DNA of 64,000 bases from Acidimicrobiia bacterium (GCA_035620735.1 DASPGH010000131.1:18218-82217), one strand, 5' to 3'; numbered from the stretch's first letter, positions 45,788 through 56,035 are shown. Translations and numbers: made by a program. Notes: generated by a model not told the origin, from the sequence alone.

Positions 45788-48367
45788 ATGCTCCTGGAGC
45801 GAGAGGGACAGCTGGCGACGTTGAGAGAACACCACGACGCTGCCAGTGCAGGTGAGGGGTCGCTGGTGCTCATCGCAGGCGAGGCCGGTGCCGGTAAGTC
45901 TTCGTTGATTCGCGCCTTCCTCGACTCGCTGAGTCACAAGACCCTCTCGATCCAGGGCGCGTGTGACCCTCTCACCACTCCGCGACCTTTGGGCCCGCTT
46001 CACGATTTCGCAGCAGAGCCACAGTCCGGCATATCCGAACTCGACATCGGGAAAGCCGACATCTTCGGAGTCTTCGAGACCGTGCTCGATCGGCTGAAGA
46101 ACACGGTGAGACCGATCGTGATGGTGATCGAGGACATCCACTGGGCCGACGCTGCCACGCTCGACTTCCTCCGATTCGTGGGACGACGGGTGGGCGATAC
46201 CCAGGCGGTGGTCATGTGCAGCTACCGAGACGACGAGGTGGGACCGGATCATTCGCTCCGGCCGGTGCTCGGGCAGCTGATCCCGTTGCCGACGACCGAT
46301 CGTCTCGTCGTGCCATCGTTGACCATCGCCGCGATCAGCACCCTGGCCTCGGGAAGCGACGTCGATCCCCATGCCCTGATGTCGACGACGGACGGGAACG
46401 CTTTCTTCGTCACCGAGGTCTTGGCTGCGGGATATATGGTCCCCGAGTCCGTCCAGGAGGCCGTTTTGTCACGAGTCGCCCGTCTCGATGACAATCCGCG
46501 CCGCGTCGTGGAGGCGGTCTCCATCGCTCCGAGATCGCTCGACGTCGAACACGCCATGGCCCTCGTGGGCACCGACACCGAGGACGTGGACGCGGCCCTA
46601 TCTGCCGGCGTGCTCATCGGAGACGGGCGCTCCCTTCGTTTTCGGCACGACCTGGCACGCTCGGCCGTCGAGGAGTCGCTGCCTCCAGCGAGACGTCTCA
46701 ACCTCCATCTGAGGATGCTCCGGCTCCTCGATGAGGACTCCAGCCCTGATCTCGCCCGGATGGCACATCATGCGATCCAGGCCGGCGACAGTGATCGAAT
46801 CATCGAGCATGCCCCGCGGGCAGCACGGGAAGCCTCGGGGCGAGGGGCACATCGTGAGGCGATTTCCTTTCTCGAGGCAGCGATCTCCGAGGTCGATCGT
46901 TCCGGACAGACCGACCTCGCCGCCCGATTGCGTGTTGATCTGGCCGACGAGTACAAGACCATCGACCAGACCCGCAAGGCGATTGGGTCCGCCGAGCAAG
47001 CCGTCGCCTACTTCCGCGAAGCGGGAGAGATCGGTGAGCTCGGCCTCGCTCTGACCACGTTGTCCCGTCTGCATTGGCGTCTGAATGAAGACCGCCTCGG
47101 CATGAGAGCCTTGGATGAGGCACTGAGCCTGCCCTACGACGAGTCACAGAACGGGATACTCGCCGAGGCCTATTGCCAGCTCGCATACCTCCACATGCTG
47201 GCCCGACATGGTTCTGAGGGACGAGCAGCCCTGGAAACCGCCCGAACAATCGCCGGCGACGAGGTCACACCCGACCTGGCCTGGGACATGGACATGCTCG
47301 ACGGCACGCTCCACATCGTGACCGGAAGCGCGCATCAGGGCGTGTTGGGACTCTTCGAATCCGTGCGATCTGCGAAAAAGCTGGGGGATCCGGTCAGGGT
47401 GGCACTTGCCCTCTCCATGCTCGGTTCGGGTGGTGGAGAGGCACGTTTGTATTCCGAGGCCGTGGCTGCCCTGACGGAGTCGATCGAGCACGGCTTGGCC
47501 CATGACGAGGACTACTCCGTTGCCTACAGCAGATCATGGCTTGCCCGCATAGCGCACGAGCGGGGGCAATGGGACGAGACGGTCAGATATGCCGAGCTCG
47601 TGTCCGGGACCACTACCGATTCCGAGGGCATCGCCTTCATCACCGCGATGAGCGCTCTGGGCCGGGTCCGGGTGCGTAGGGGTGACCCCGGCGGCGTCGC
47701 CCTCTTGGAGGAGTTGGCCACCGAGGGCGAACATCACGAGCTGCAACATCTATGGAACGCGATCTGCGGCCGCGCCGAGTACTACTGGCTCCGCGGCACG
47801 CCCGAGTCGGGCCTGGACCTGCTGCGCTCGAGTCTCGAGCGGGCATTGGACACCGAGAGCGAGTGGGCCCGTGGTGAGATTGGCTATTGGATGTGGAAGC
47901 TCGGACAGATCGACGGTCCACCCGACGGGTCCGCCGAGCCGTTCGCCCTCCTGATGGCAGGGAGGTGGCGTGAAGCCGCAGACATCTGGGAGGCGATCGG
48001 ATGTCCCTACGAGGTAGGGCTCTGTCTGTCCGAGGGCAGCACCGAGGCCATGAGGGAGGCGGTCGGGATATTCGACTCTCTCGGTGCCAGACCCATGGCG
48101 GGCAGAGTCCGCGACCGGCTTCGGGCACTCGGAGTCAGATCGATCCCGCGCGGACCGGTCCGGTCAACACGGGAGAACCTTGCGGGGCTGACGAACAGAC
48201 AGGTCGAGGTTCTCGAGCTCATCGATGACGGTCTGTCCAACGGCGAGATCGCCGACCGGCTGTTCATCTCCAAGAAGACCGTCGAACACCACGTCTCTGC
48301 GATCTACTCGAAGCTGGGTGTCGACAGCCGCACCGAGGCGGCGGCCGCGTTTCGCCACCAGAAATAG
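45788..48367 (+). CDS. LAL-type (large ATP-binding) LuxR-family transcriptional regulator
   Basis: N-terminal P-loop (GEAGAGKSS), a long helical TPR-like middle and a C-terminal LuxR HTH (LTNRQVEVLELIDDGLSNGEIADRLFISKKTVEHHVSAIYSKLGV). Confidence 0.85.
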   Translation: MLLEREGQLATLREHHDAASAGEGSLVLIAGEAGAGKSSLIRAFLDSLSHKTLSIQGACDPLTTPRPLGPLHDFAAEPQSGISELDIGKADIFGVFETVLDRLKNTVRPIVMVIEDIHWADAATLDFLRFVGRRVGDTQAVVMCSYRDDEVGPDHSLRPVLGQLIPLPTTDRLVVPSLTIAAISTLASGSDVDPHALMSTTDGNAFFVTEVLAAGYMVPESVQEAVLSRVARLDDNPRRVVEAVSIAPRSLDVEHAMALVGTDTEDVDAALSAGVLIGDGRSLRFRHDLARSAVEESLPPARRLNLHLRMLRLLDEDSSPDLARMAHHAIQAGDSDRIIEHAPRAAREASGRGAHREAISFLEAAISEVDRSGQTDLAARLRVDLADEYKTIDQTRKAIGSAEQAVAYFREAGEIGELGLALTTLSRLHWRLNEDRLGMRALDEALSLPYDESQNGILAEAYCQLAYLHMLARHGSEGRAALETARTIAGDEVTPDLAWDMDMLDGTLHIVTGSAHQGVLGLFESVRSAKKLGDPVRVALALSMLGSGGGEARLYSEAVAALTESIEHGLAHDEDYSVAYSRSWLARIAHERGQWDETVRYAELVSGTTTDSEGIAFITAMSALGRVRVRRGDPGGVALLEELATEGEHHELQHLWNAICGRAEYYWLRGTPESGLDLLRSSLERALDTESEWARGEIGYWMWKLGQIDGPPDGSAEPFALLMAGRWREAADIWEAIGCPYEVGLCLSEGSTEAMREAVGIFDSLGARPMAGRVRDRLRALGVRSIPRGPVRSTRENLAGLTNRQVEVLELIDDGLSNGEIADRLFISKKTVEHHVSAIYSKLGVDSRTEAAAAFRHQK

Positions 48368-48470
48368 GGGCTGCGAATCCAGATCTGGGGGTTGGCCCCG
48401 ATGTCGTCCCGTTGACGTGGCCATACCTTCGCCACCACGCCGGAGGGCCCGGCTGGAGAAGGAGGAATCG

Positions 48471-48755
48471 ATGCCCAGATACATCGTGGAGAGAGATTTT
48501 CCGAAAGGTCTCGAGATCCCGTCGACGACCGAAGGTCAGAAGGCGATGCTCGGAGTCGTTGGCAACAACGCAACCGAGGGGGTGACTTGGGTCCAGTCCT
48601 TCGTGACCGACGATCACACGAAGACGTTCTGCATCTACGACGGTCCGTCGCCGGAGGCAATCCGAAGGGCGGCGGGTCTCAACTCGCTACCGGTGGCAGC
48701 GATATCGGAGATCAGCGTCCTCGATCCGTACTTCTACGTGGGGGCAGCGTCATGA
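48471..48755 (+). CDS. Small conserved hypothetical protein (94 aa, DUF4242-like)
   Basis: GGAGGA lies 6 nt before the ATG. The N-terminus (MPRYIVERDFP) resembles the DUF4242 family. This is a tentative call. Confidence 0.5.
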   Translation: MPRYIVERDFPKGLEIPSTTEGQKAMLGVVGNNATEGVTWVQSFVTDDHTKTFCIYDGPSPEAIRRAAGLNSLPVAAISEISVLDPYFYVGAAS

Positions 48756-49084
48756 GCAAGCGATAAAGATCGACTGTCGTCCTCGTCTTCGCCCGATCGC
48801 GTCGATCCTCACGGGCAGCGCCGCGATGGCGCACGGGACACCTACCTGTAGCGAAGTCGAGTTCCTGCAGATCGAAGTCCACGGCGATCACATCAAGAGG
48901 GACTGTGTTTCAGGAAGGGGCGACCAATGCGGCAGGTGGCGCCAAGCTCCCGGGATGCGCCGGACCGGCGTTTCATTTCGTGAACGAAGTGGCACCGGGC
49001 GCCTCGTTCTGCACTGACGCCAACTCTTCTGTCATCTACGAGAAAACCCCAATGTCAACAGCTGACCGTCCGACAGAGGGGACT

Positions 49085-49113
49085 GGAGGGGAGCCACATG
49101 GTGGCTCCCCTCC
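49085..49113. other. Perfect GC-rich hairpin: 13-bp stem (GGAGGGGAGCCAC/GTGGCTCCCCTCC) with a 3-nt loop (ATG)
   Basis: Seen directly. It lies in a 400-nt non-coding gap, about 45 nt upstream of the LCP gene start. No U-tract follows. Confidence 0.45.
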
Positions 49114-49155
49114 TCGTCGTGGAACCAAGACAGATCGCGAATTCGTTGACTGCCC

Positions 49156-50568
49156 ATGCGGCGACGAAGCCCCAGTTCCCTGGGCGCGGCATTGCGGTCG
49201 GTGCTGATCCCTGGCTGGGGCCAGCTCGCCACCGAGCAGACCGTTGTCGGGAAGGTCCTGGTCTTCCTGACCGGGCTGGCTGCCATCGCCGCCCTCACCG
49301 TGTTCCTGTTCGTCGAGCCCGTCGAGGTCGCTGCCTGGCTGGCCAACCCCAACGTCATCCTCAGCATCGTCCTCGCCAACATCGCGGTCCTGGTGGTCCG
49401 ATTGTTCTCCACCGAACAGGCCTGGCGCGCCGGTGGCGGTCATCGCTGGTTCGCCGCCATCTTCCTTGCGACCCTGGTCTCGCTCCCCCACATCGCGATC
49501 GGCTGGATTGGTCTCGAGACACGAGACTCCCTGCTGCGACTCTTCCCGGCCGGGGACGTCGCCCTGGCCGCAGAGCCGCCCAACACCACCACCACCTCTT
49601 CGACCACGACCACGTCGACGACGGTGCCGATCGACCTCAGCCCCATCGTCACCGTCCCTGGCCAACTGGCCGCCGACCAGATCGACGCCACCAAGACCGC
49701 CGGCTGGGAGCCATTCGGCCGCGAACGGCTCAACATCCTCCTTCTCGGCGGTGATGCGGGGCCCGGACGCCGTGGGCTCCGCACCGACACGATGATCGTG
49801 GCGTCCATCGACCCGATCTCCGGCGACGCCGCCCTCATCGGGATTCCTCGAAACTACGGAGGGGTGACACTGTCCGACGGGACTGCCCTGCCTGTCAGCC
49901 AAATCGGTCACGTGTATGGGTGGGGCGCCCGGCGAGCCGACCAGTTTGGGGGCCCGGATCCAGGCGCAGCAGCCACGATGGATGCCATTTCGAACGTGAC
50001 CGGGCTCCAAATCGACTATTTCATCCTGGTCGACCTCACTGGTTTCGCCGACGTTGTCGACGCCTTCGGCGGCGTCGACTTGGACGTCGAGGTCCCCGTC
50101 GACGGTCCGCTCTACGACATAGAGACGGGTGGTTACGAGATGATCCATATCCCCGTCGGCGCCCAGCATTTCGACGGGGCGCATGCCCTGGCTTATGCCC
50201 GCGCCCGATATGGGTCCTCCGACTACGTTCGCATGGGCCGTCAGCGATGCATCCTGGCCTCGATGGCGGCGCAGGCGGACCTCCTCGATCTCTTCGGCCG
50301 TCTCGGAGATCTCCTCGACGCAGTAGAGAGCCACCTCGTCACCGACATCCCCATTGGGACCATTCCGGATCTGATCCGTCTCACCCCGCGTGTCAGCGCA
50401 GCGGGGATCCGGGTGATCGGCTTCGACTCGAAGTGGGGCATCGGCAGGACCGCGACCGGGCATGTGATACCGGACATCGAGCGCATCCGGGAGGCGGTCC
50501 GTGTCACCGTCGAGAACCCGGAGTCGGCGCCGGACTTCGGGGTGGCCACGGCCGAGACCGGGTGCTGA
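49156..50568 (+). CDS. LytR-CpsA-Psr (LCP) family cell-envelope transferase
   Basis: N-terminal TM segments, a Thr/Ser linker and the LCP core (LLLGGDAGPGRRGLRTDTMIVASIDP ... AHALAYARAR). Confidence 0.85.
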   Translation: MRRRSPSSLGAALRSVLIPGWGQLATEQTVVGKVLVFLTGLAAIAALTVFLFVEPVEVAAWLANPNVILSIVLANIAVLVVRLFSTEQAWRAGGGHRWFAAIFLATLVSLPHIAIGWIGLETRDSLLRLFPAGDVALAAEPPNTTTTSSTTTTSTTVPIDLSPIVTVPGQLAADQIDATKTAGWEPFGRERLNILLLGGDAGPGRRGLRTDTMIVASIDPISGDAALIGIPRNYGGVTLSDGTALPVSQIGHVYGWGARRADQFGGPDPGAAATMDAISNVTGLQIDYFILVDLTGFADVVDAFGGVDLDVEVPVDGPLYDIETGGYEMIHIPVGAQHFDGAHALAYARARYGSSDYVRMGRQRCILASMAAQADLLDLFGRLGDLLDAVESHLVTDIPIGTIPDLIRLTPRVSAAGIRVIGFDSKWGIGRTATGHVIPDIERIREAVRVTVENPESAPDFGVATAETGC

Positions 50569-50587
50569 CGACCTATCGTCACCACCC

Positions 50588-53296
50588 GTGACGACCAGGG
50601 ACGATGTCCTCCGCGCTGATATCCGGCGGTTGGGAAACCAGCTCGGCGAAGCACTGGTGCGTCAGCACGGCCAAGAGCTCCTCGATCTCGTCGAGGAGAT
50701 CCGCTCGCTGGGGAAGTCGGCGCGACGGGGCGGGAGCACCGAAGCGACCGGCGATCTCCACGACCTCCTGGGGAAGCTCGACACAACCGACGTCATCCCC
50801 TTGGTACGGGCATTCACCACGTACTTCTACCTGGCAAACGTGGCCGAACAGGTCCATCGCATCGAGGAGATGGCGAGCGACGATCGCTATCTCCGTGCGA
50901 CCGTCGACCGGGCCCTCGAAGCCGGCCTCGACCAAGATCTGATCGACGACGTGGTGAGCCGGTTCGAGGTGAGACCTGTCTTCACCGCCCACCCGACCGA
51001 GGCAGCTCGTCGCTCCATCCTGACCAAGCGCGGCGACATCGCGACCCTGATCACTGCGCGTCTCGAGGCTCCCAATCAGGACATGATCGATCTGATCGAC
51101 CGCCGCTCCGCCGAGCTGATCGACCAGATCTGGCAGACAGACGAGCTGCGCACAGAGCGTCCCACTGTCGTAGACGAGGCGCGCTCGGCCCTCTACTACC
51201 TGGTCGCGCTGGCCGAGGAAGTCCTGCCGACGCTGACAGAGATACTGGACACCCAGCTGGAGCGTCTCTCGTCGCGGACCCATCCCGCGCCGCTTCGATT
51301 CGGGACCTGGGTCGGAGGAGATCGGGATGGAAACCCGGGAGTGACGGCCGAGACGACACTCGAGACCCTGGCACTCCAGCACGACCGCGGTCTGACGCTG
51401 ATGATCGAACAGGTCGAGGAGCTCAGCGAGGAGCTCTCGATGTCCAGCCAACTGACCGAGCCTGGTGCCGCCCTGCAGGACTCTCTGGCAGCCGACCGGC
51501 AGTCCTTGCCTGAGGTCTGGCAGCGGGAACGGTCCCGCACCTCCGACTCTCCATACAGGCTCAAGTGCTCCTACATCCACGCCCGTCTCCTCAACACCCG
51601 GTCACGGATCAAGACCGGGTCGGCGCACGTTCCCGGACAGGACTACTCCCACCCGGATCGACTTATCGCCGAGCTCGACCTGATGGCAGACTCGTTGCGC
51701 GGCTCAAGGGGGGAGCTCATCGCCTCGGGTGCGGTCGCCCGGGTGCGAAGGGCGGTCCGGGCTCTCGGTTTCCAGATGGCGATCCTCGACGTGCGTCAGC
51801 ACTCGGCTCGTCACTCCTCCGCGATCGACGAGCTTTTCGGCAACGTTGGGGTGGAGATGGCCGCATCGTCATCCGGGGAACGCTTCGAATTTCTGTCCAG
51901 GGAGTTGGTCGAGCCACGACCCCTCTCCGGGCCCACCACATCGCTGAACGAGGACAACACCGAGACCCTTGAGACCTTCCACGCGATTCGAGAGGCACAC
52001 CGGCGATATGGAGCCCAGGTGATCGAGAGCTACATCATCTCAATGACCGAGTCACCCGCTCATGTGCTCGAAGCGGTCGTCCTCGCCCGGGAGGCGGGCC
52101 TGGTCGATCTCGCCCGGGGTATCGCAGACATCGGGTTCGTGCCCCTGGTCGAGACGATCGATGACCTGCGTGGCTCGGGACCGCTGCTCGATGCCCTGCT
52201 CGGCGACCCCCACTACAGGCGGCTCGTCGCATTGAGAGGAGATCTCCAGGAGGTGATGCTCGGCTACTCCGACTCGAACAAGGTGGGCGGCATCACCGCT
52301 TCTCAGTGGGAGATCTACAAGGCACAGAGGGTGATGAGGAAGGTTGCCGAGAACCACGGTGTCACGCTGCGGCTCTTCCATGGTCGGGGCGGGACGATTG
52401 GCCGAGGTGGCGGGCCGACCCACGCCGCCATCCTCGCTCAGCCTTTCGGGACCGTCGACGGGACCATCAAGATCACCGAGCAGGGTGAGGTCATCTCGGA
52501 GAAGTACGGGAACCCGGAAATCGCCTCCCGCAATCTGGAGCTGATGGTGGCGTCGGTGTTGGAGAGCTCGCTCCTGCATCGTCAATCGAGACGATCGAAA
52601 GAGACTCTCGACCGCTGGACGGAGGCAATGGACTCGTTTGCCGATCATGCCTATCGCTCCTATCAGGGCCTAGCCAAGGATCCGCGTCTCGTCCCCTATT
52701 TCCTCTCCTCTACTCCCGTAGAAGAGCTGGGAAAGATGAACATCGGGAGCAGACCATCGCGTCGGCCGGGCGCCCTCGGTGGGGTGGATGACCTCCGCGC
52801 CATCCCTTGGGTCTTCGGTTGGACTCAAACCCGTCAGATCGTGCCCGGGTGGTTCGGTGTCGGCTCGGGTTTGAGAGCGGCACGCAACGACGGATTCGGT
52901 GACGTCGTCTCCGAGATGGCCGAGGAATGGAGCTTCATGGACACGTTTCTCTCCAACGTGGAGATGACACTGTTCAAGACCGATCTCGACATCTCGGAGT
53001 CGTATGTGAGCGAGCTGGTCGACCCCGAACACCGCACCCTGCTCGACCTGATCCGAACGGAATACGAGACCACGATCGAGGAGGTGCTGGCCTTGCGGGG
53101 TGGCAACGAGCTCCTCGAGAACTCGCCACTGCTGCGGAGGACGCTCACGGTGCGTGATGTCTATCTGGATCCCATCAACTACCTGCAGGTCTCGTTGCTC
53201 GCCCGCAGCCGGTCTGGTGAGGAATCGCCGGAGCTCGACCGGGCATTGCTTCTGACCGTCAACGGCATCGCTGCGGGGATGCGCAACACCGGTTAG
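50588..53296 (+). CDS. ppc: Phosphoenolpyruvate carboxylase
   Basis: Ppc motifs (VFTAHPTE ... GYSDSNK ... FHGRGGTIGRGGGP ... C-terminal NTG). Probable GTG start at 50588. The track ORF starts at 50501. Confidence 0.95.
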   Translation: MTTRDDVLRADIRRLGNQLGEALVRQHGQELLDLVEEIRSLGKSARRGGSTEATGDLHDLLGKLDTTDVIPLVRAFTTYFYLANVAEQVHRIEEMASDDRYLRATVDRALEAGLDQDLIDDVVSRFEVRPVFTAHPTEAARRSILTKRGDIATLITARLEAPNQDMIDLIDRRSAELIDQIWQTDELRTERPTVVDEARSALYYLVALAEEVLPTLTEILDTQLERLSSRTHPAPLRFGTWVGGDRDGNPGVTAETTLETLALQHDRGLTLMIEQVEELSEELSMSSQLTEPGAALQDSLAADRQSLPEVWQRERSRTSDSPYRLKCSYIHARLLNTRSRIKTGSAHVPGQDYSHPDRLIAELDLMADSLRGSRGELIASGAVARVRRAVRALGFQMAILDVRQHSARHSSAIDELFGNVGVEMAASSSGERFEFLSRELVEPRPLSGPTTSLNEDNTETLETFHAIREAHRRYGAQVIESYIISMTESPAHVLEAVVLAREAGLVDLARGIADIGFVPLVETIDDLRGSGPLLDALLGDPHYRRLVALRGDLQEVMLGYSDSNKVGGITASQWEIYKAQRVMRKVAENHGVTLRLFHGRGGTIGRGGGPTHAAILAQPFGTVDGTIKITEQGEVISEKYGNPEIASRNLELMVASVLESSLLHRQSRRSKETLDRWTEAMDSFADHAYRSYQGLAKDPRLVPYFLSSTPVEELGKMNIGSRPSRRPGALGGVDDLRAIPWVFGWTQTRQIVPGWFGVGSGLRAARNDGFGDVVSEMAEEWSFMDTFLSNVEMTLFKTDLDISESYVSELVDPEHRTLLDLIRTEYETTIEEVLALRGGNELLENSPLLRRTLTVRDVYLDPINYLQVSLLARSRSGEESPELDRALLLTVNGIAAGMRNTG

Positions 53297-54072
53297 CGGA
53301 GGGTCTTCTCGAGCACGACGTTGAACCTCTCGGGCCACTCCATGGGGACAGCGTGATGTGCGTCGTGCATCACCACCATTTCTGCCGTGGGCATGGCCTC
53401 GATGTAGGGCTCTTTGTCTTCGGGTCCCACGTAGTCCAAGTCCGATGAGATGACCGTGACCGGGACCATGGTGGTCGACATCTCCCCAGCCACGCCATCC
53501 CATTCGAGGATGGCGTGGAAAGTCTCCTGGTAGGCAGGCTTGTCGTTCCTTGCCCAGCGTTCGACCATCTTCGCCCGCTGCTCTGCCATCTCCTCGTCGG
53601 GAAACAGACGGTTGCTCAAGATCTCACCGATCTTCTCCATGCTGAGCCATCTGGTTATCACCTTGCGGATGGCGAGCTGGACCTTCTGGGACACCCGAAC
53701 GGTCTCGAATGCCGGAAGTGCGTTGATAGCGACCAGTCTCGAAACGAGGTCCGGGCGGTCGGCAACGATCTGGAACCCGACCATGCCGCCGAGCGAGATC
53801 CCGACCAGACGAACAGGGCCGACATCCAGCTCGTCGAGGAACGTCGCCACGTCGGATGCGAACTGGCGGATGCTGTAGGGCCCGGCCGGTTTCGAGCTCC
53901 GACCATGGCCCCGGAGATCGGGGACGATTACCTCGAAGTTAGGGGCAAGAGCAGGGATCTGGTTCTCCCAATCCTGGGCCGATGAGCCGAGACCGTGAAG
54001 CAGCAGCACCGGTCTACCCGAGCCCGACCGCTCGTAGTGGATGGTGATGTCGTTGACGGTGACTTCGGGCAT
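53293..54072 (-). CDS. Alpha/beta-fold hydrolase
   Basis: HGLGSS followed by the nucleophile elbow GISLGG. The start is uncertain (ATG at 54072; the track ORF runs to 54162). Confidence 0.8.
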   Translation of the reverse strand: MPEVTVNDITIHYERSGSGRPVLLLHGLGSSAQDWENQIPALAPNFEVIVPDLRGHGRSSKPAGPYSIRQFASDVATFLDELDVGPVRLVGISLGGMVGFQIVADRPDLVSRLVAINALPAFETVRVSQKVQLAIRKVITRWLSMEKIGEILSNRLFPDEEMAEQRAKMVERWARNDKPAYQETFHAILEWDGVAGEMSTTMVPVTVISSDLDYVGPEDKEPYIEAMPTAEMVVMHDAHHAVPMEWPERFNVVLEKTLR

Positions 54073-54094
54073 CCGTGCACCGTAATGTCGGGGC

Positions 54095-54715
54095 ATGGCC
54101 ATCACCATCCTCGACCACCCGCTCGCTGCTGATCTTCTGACGATCCTTCGCGACAGGCGCACCGAGCCGCCGCAGTTCCGTCAGATCGCCGAACGGCTCG
54201 GCTATCTGCTCGTGGCCGAGGCGCTCTCCGACATGTCGACCGATGAGGTCGACATCGAGACCCCCCTGGAGGCCACCACCGGGACCCAACTACGCCGTCC
54301 GGTGGTGGCCGTGGCCGTGCTCCGGGCCGGTCTCGGTCTCCTTCACTCCGTGTTGACACTGGTGCCCGACGCCGCAATTGGCTTCGCCGGAGTCCAACGC
54401 AACGAGGAGACGGCGGAGCCAATGGAGTACTACACGAAGTTCCCGACACTGGACAAGGCGAGAGTGCTGATCCTCGAGCCGATGCTGGCCACCGGCGGAT
54501 CGTTGTCGTGGGCCATCGACAAAGTGAAGGAGAACGACGCCCGCGACATCGTCGCCTGCTGTGTCGTGGCCGCACCCGATGGTGTCGAGACGATCGAGTC
54601 GAAGCACCCTGATGTCAGGATCGTGGCCGCTGCGCTCGACCGAGAGCTCAACCCGAATTTCTATATCGCTCCCGGGCTCGGGGACATGGGAGACCGTCTC
54701 TTTGGGACCCTGTGA
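54095..54715 (+). CDS. upp: Uracil phosphoribosyltransferase
   Basis: PRTase motifs (VLILEPMLATGGS) with full-length Upp similarity. Confidence 0.95.
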   Translation: MAITILDHPLAADLLTILRDRRTEPPQFRQIAERLGYLLVAEALSDMSTDEVDIETPLEATTGTQLRRPVVAVAVLRAGLGLLHSVLTLVPDAAIGFAGVQRNEETAEPMEYYTKFPTLDKARVLILEPMLATGGSLSWAIDKVKENDARDIVACCVVAAPDGVETIESKHPDVRIVAAALDRELNPNFYIAPGLGDMGDRLFGTL

Positions 54716-54746
54716 GCGGGGGGCTGGAGGGGGGTCGTCCTCCCTC

Positions 54747-55031
54747 GTGGTCACTGTGAGTGATTTCGAGGATGCGGTCACCGCGGTGATCTCGTCCCTG
54801 GGACCGGGTGAAGTCGTGACCTATGGCGAGGTGGCCGCCGAAGCGGGTTTCCCGGGAGCGGCCCGTGCCGTCGGGACATTGCTTCGCAACTCCGAGGGGC
54901 TGGCATGGTGGAGGATCGTGGGGGCCGGTGGTCGGATCCGCACACCGGACCCGGCCCGGCAGATCAGGCTGTTGACCGACGAAGGCGTGTTGGTGATCAA
55001 CGGACGGGTGGTTAAAGGTGGTCCCGGGTGA
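54747..55031 (+). CDS. atl: Alkyltransferase-like protein (ATL), the MGMT DNA-binding domain with Trp in place of the active-site Cys
   Basis: YGEVAAEAGFPGAARAVGTLLRNSEGLAWWRIV aligns to the MGMT YGE ... AARAVG ... PCHRV region, with Cys replaced by Trp. GTG start. Confidence 0.7.
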   Translation: MVTVSDFEDAVTAVISSLGPGEVVTYGEVAAEAGFPGAARAVGTLLRNSEGLAWWRIVGAGGRIRTPDPARQIRLLTDEGVLVINGRVVKGGPG

Positions 55032-55038
55032 CGCGGAC

Positions 55039-55482
55039 ATGACCTACAGCTTCTCCGGCGAACCCACTGTCGATCGACGTCGATGTCCCGACTGCGGGAA
55101 CGAGCATGAGTCGGTCACCGGGTTCGTCCTGAAAGACAGTTCGGCCCACGCCGTGTATTACGCGGACTGGTACCCGCACAGCAAGGAGGCATTCGTCGAC
55201 GTGGTTCTCGGCCCGTGGCAGGAACCCGACTATCCGGATCAGGTGACTTTCGGCTGTCGGCTCGGCCCGGTCGAAGGACAGGACGGGCCGGCTGCCTCAT
55301 TGGTGACGGGCGGCGCGAGCAAGTCGGACCACGCCCTATTCGGAACGAAGCTCGATCGCGAAGCCGCACTGCAGCATCCCATGCTCACCGAATTCTGGGA
55401 TGTCATCGATTGGCTCGTCGTCAACGACCCGACACTGCATGAGAACGTCTATCACATGCACGAGGAAGAAGAGACCCGCTAG
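55039..55482 (+). CDS. Hypothetical protein (about 147 aa)
   Basis: GC3-rich, with a CPDCGNEHE motif near the N-terminus. I recognise no family. Confidence 0.4.
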   Translation: MTYSFSGEPTVDRRRCPDCGNEHESVTGFVLKDSSAHAVYYADWYPHSKEAFVDVVLGPWQEPDYPDQVTFGCRLGPVEGQDGPAASLVTGGASKSDHALFGTKLDREAALQHPMLTEFWDVIDWLVVNDPTLHENVYHMHEEEETR

Positions 55483-55558
55483 TCGGACGGCCCACGTCTC
55501 GTGATGTAGCTGTGACCGAGAGGACTGGTCCAGAGTTGATCCCGTTCGGTTGCCTCCG

Positions 55559-56035
55559 CTACTCCCACGGGGTGTGATGACGTGTCATGTGATGATGCCG
55601 GCAAAGGGGGGCCGAATTGTCATTGTGGGTTCGACCGCCCTGGGAGCCGGGTTTGCGGTGGTCGAGATCACATTGTTCGGCATCCGAAGTGAAGGGGAAC
55701 AGGCCTATCTCATCACGCTCGATGAGTTGGCGTCCGGTCATGTGGACCCTGACCGTATTGCCGCACGACCTCGATTCACTTCCCCCGCTCGGAACCAACG
55801 GCTCCAGAAGTTCGACCTCACTCACCAGTTGATCGAACATTTGTTCGATACCCTACACCCCGCCCCCGACAGAAACAAGATGGTCGTCGGCGGATGCCGC
55901 AACCTCTTTCAGTCGTGCGGAAGATCCGCGGGTCGAAGGTTGCGGCAGTCCGGCTCGGGCAATTCGTCGAACCGCACGGCCCCAATGCTGCTCCATTCGT
56001 CGAGTAAGGCCTGCGCCACCCGATGCATCCATCAC
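55559..56035 (-). pseudogene. Degraded HNH endonuclease remnant (DUF222/13E12-type), C-terminal HNH motif only, interrupted by an in-frame stop
   Basis: 93-aa ORF ends with CDLDHRKPGSQGGRTHNDNSAPLCRHHHMTRHHTPW (HNH signature). A 60-aa ORF lies in the same frame directly upstream, separated by a stop. No DUF222 N-domain is present. Confidence 0.6.

Noticed and set aside
48385-48394. CCAGATCTGG palindrome between the LuxR regulator and the DUF4242-like gene
   Set aside because: A 10-bp palindrome alone is expected by chance at this scale, and there is no supporting half-site repeat.
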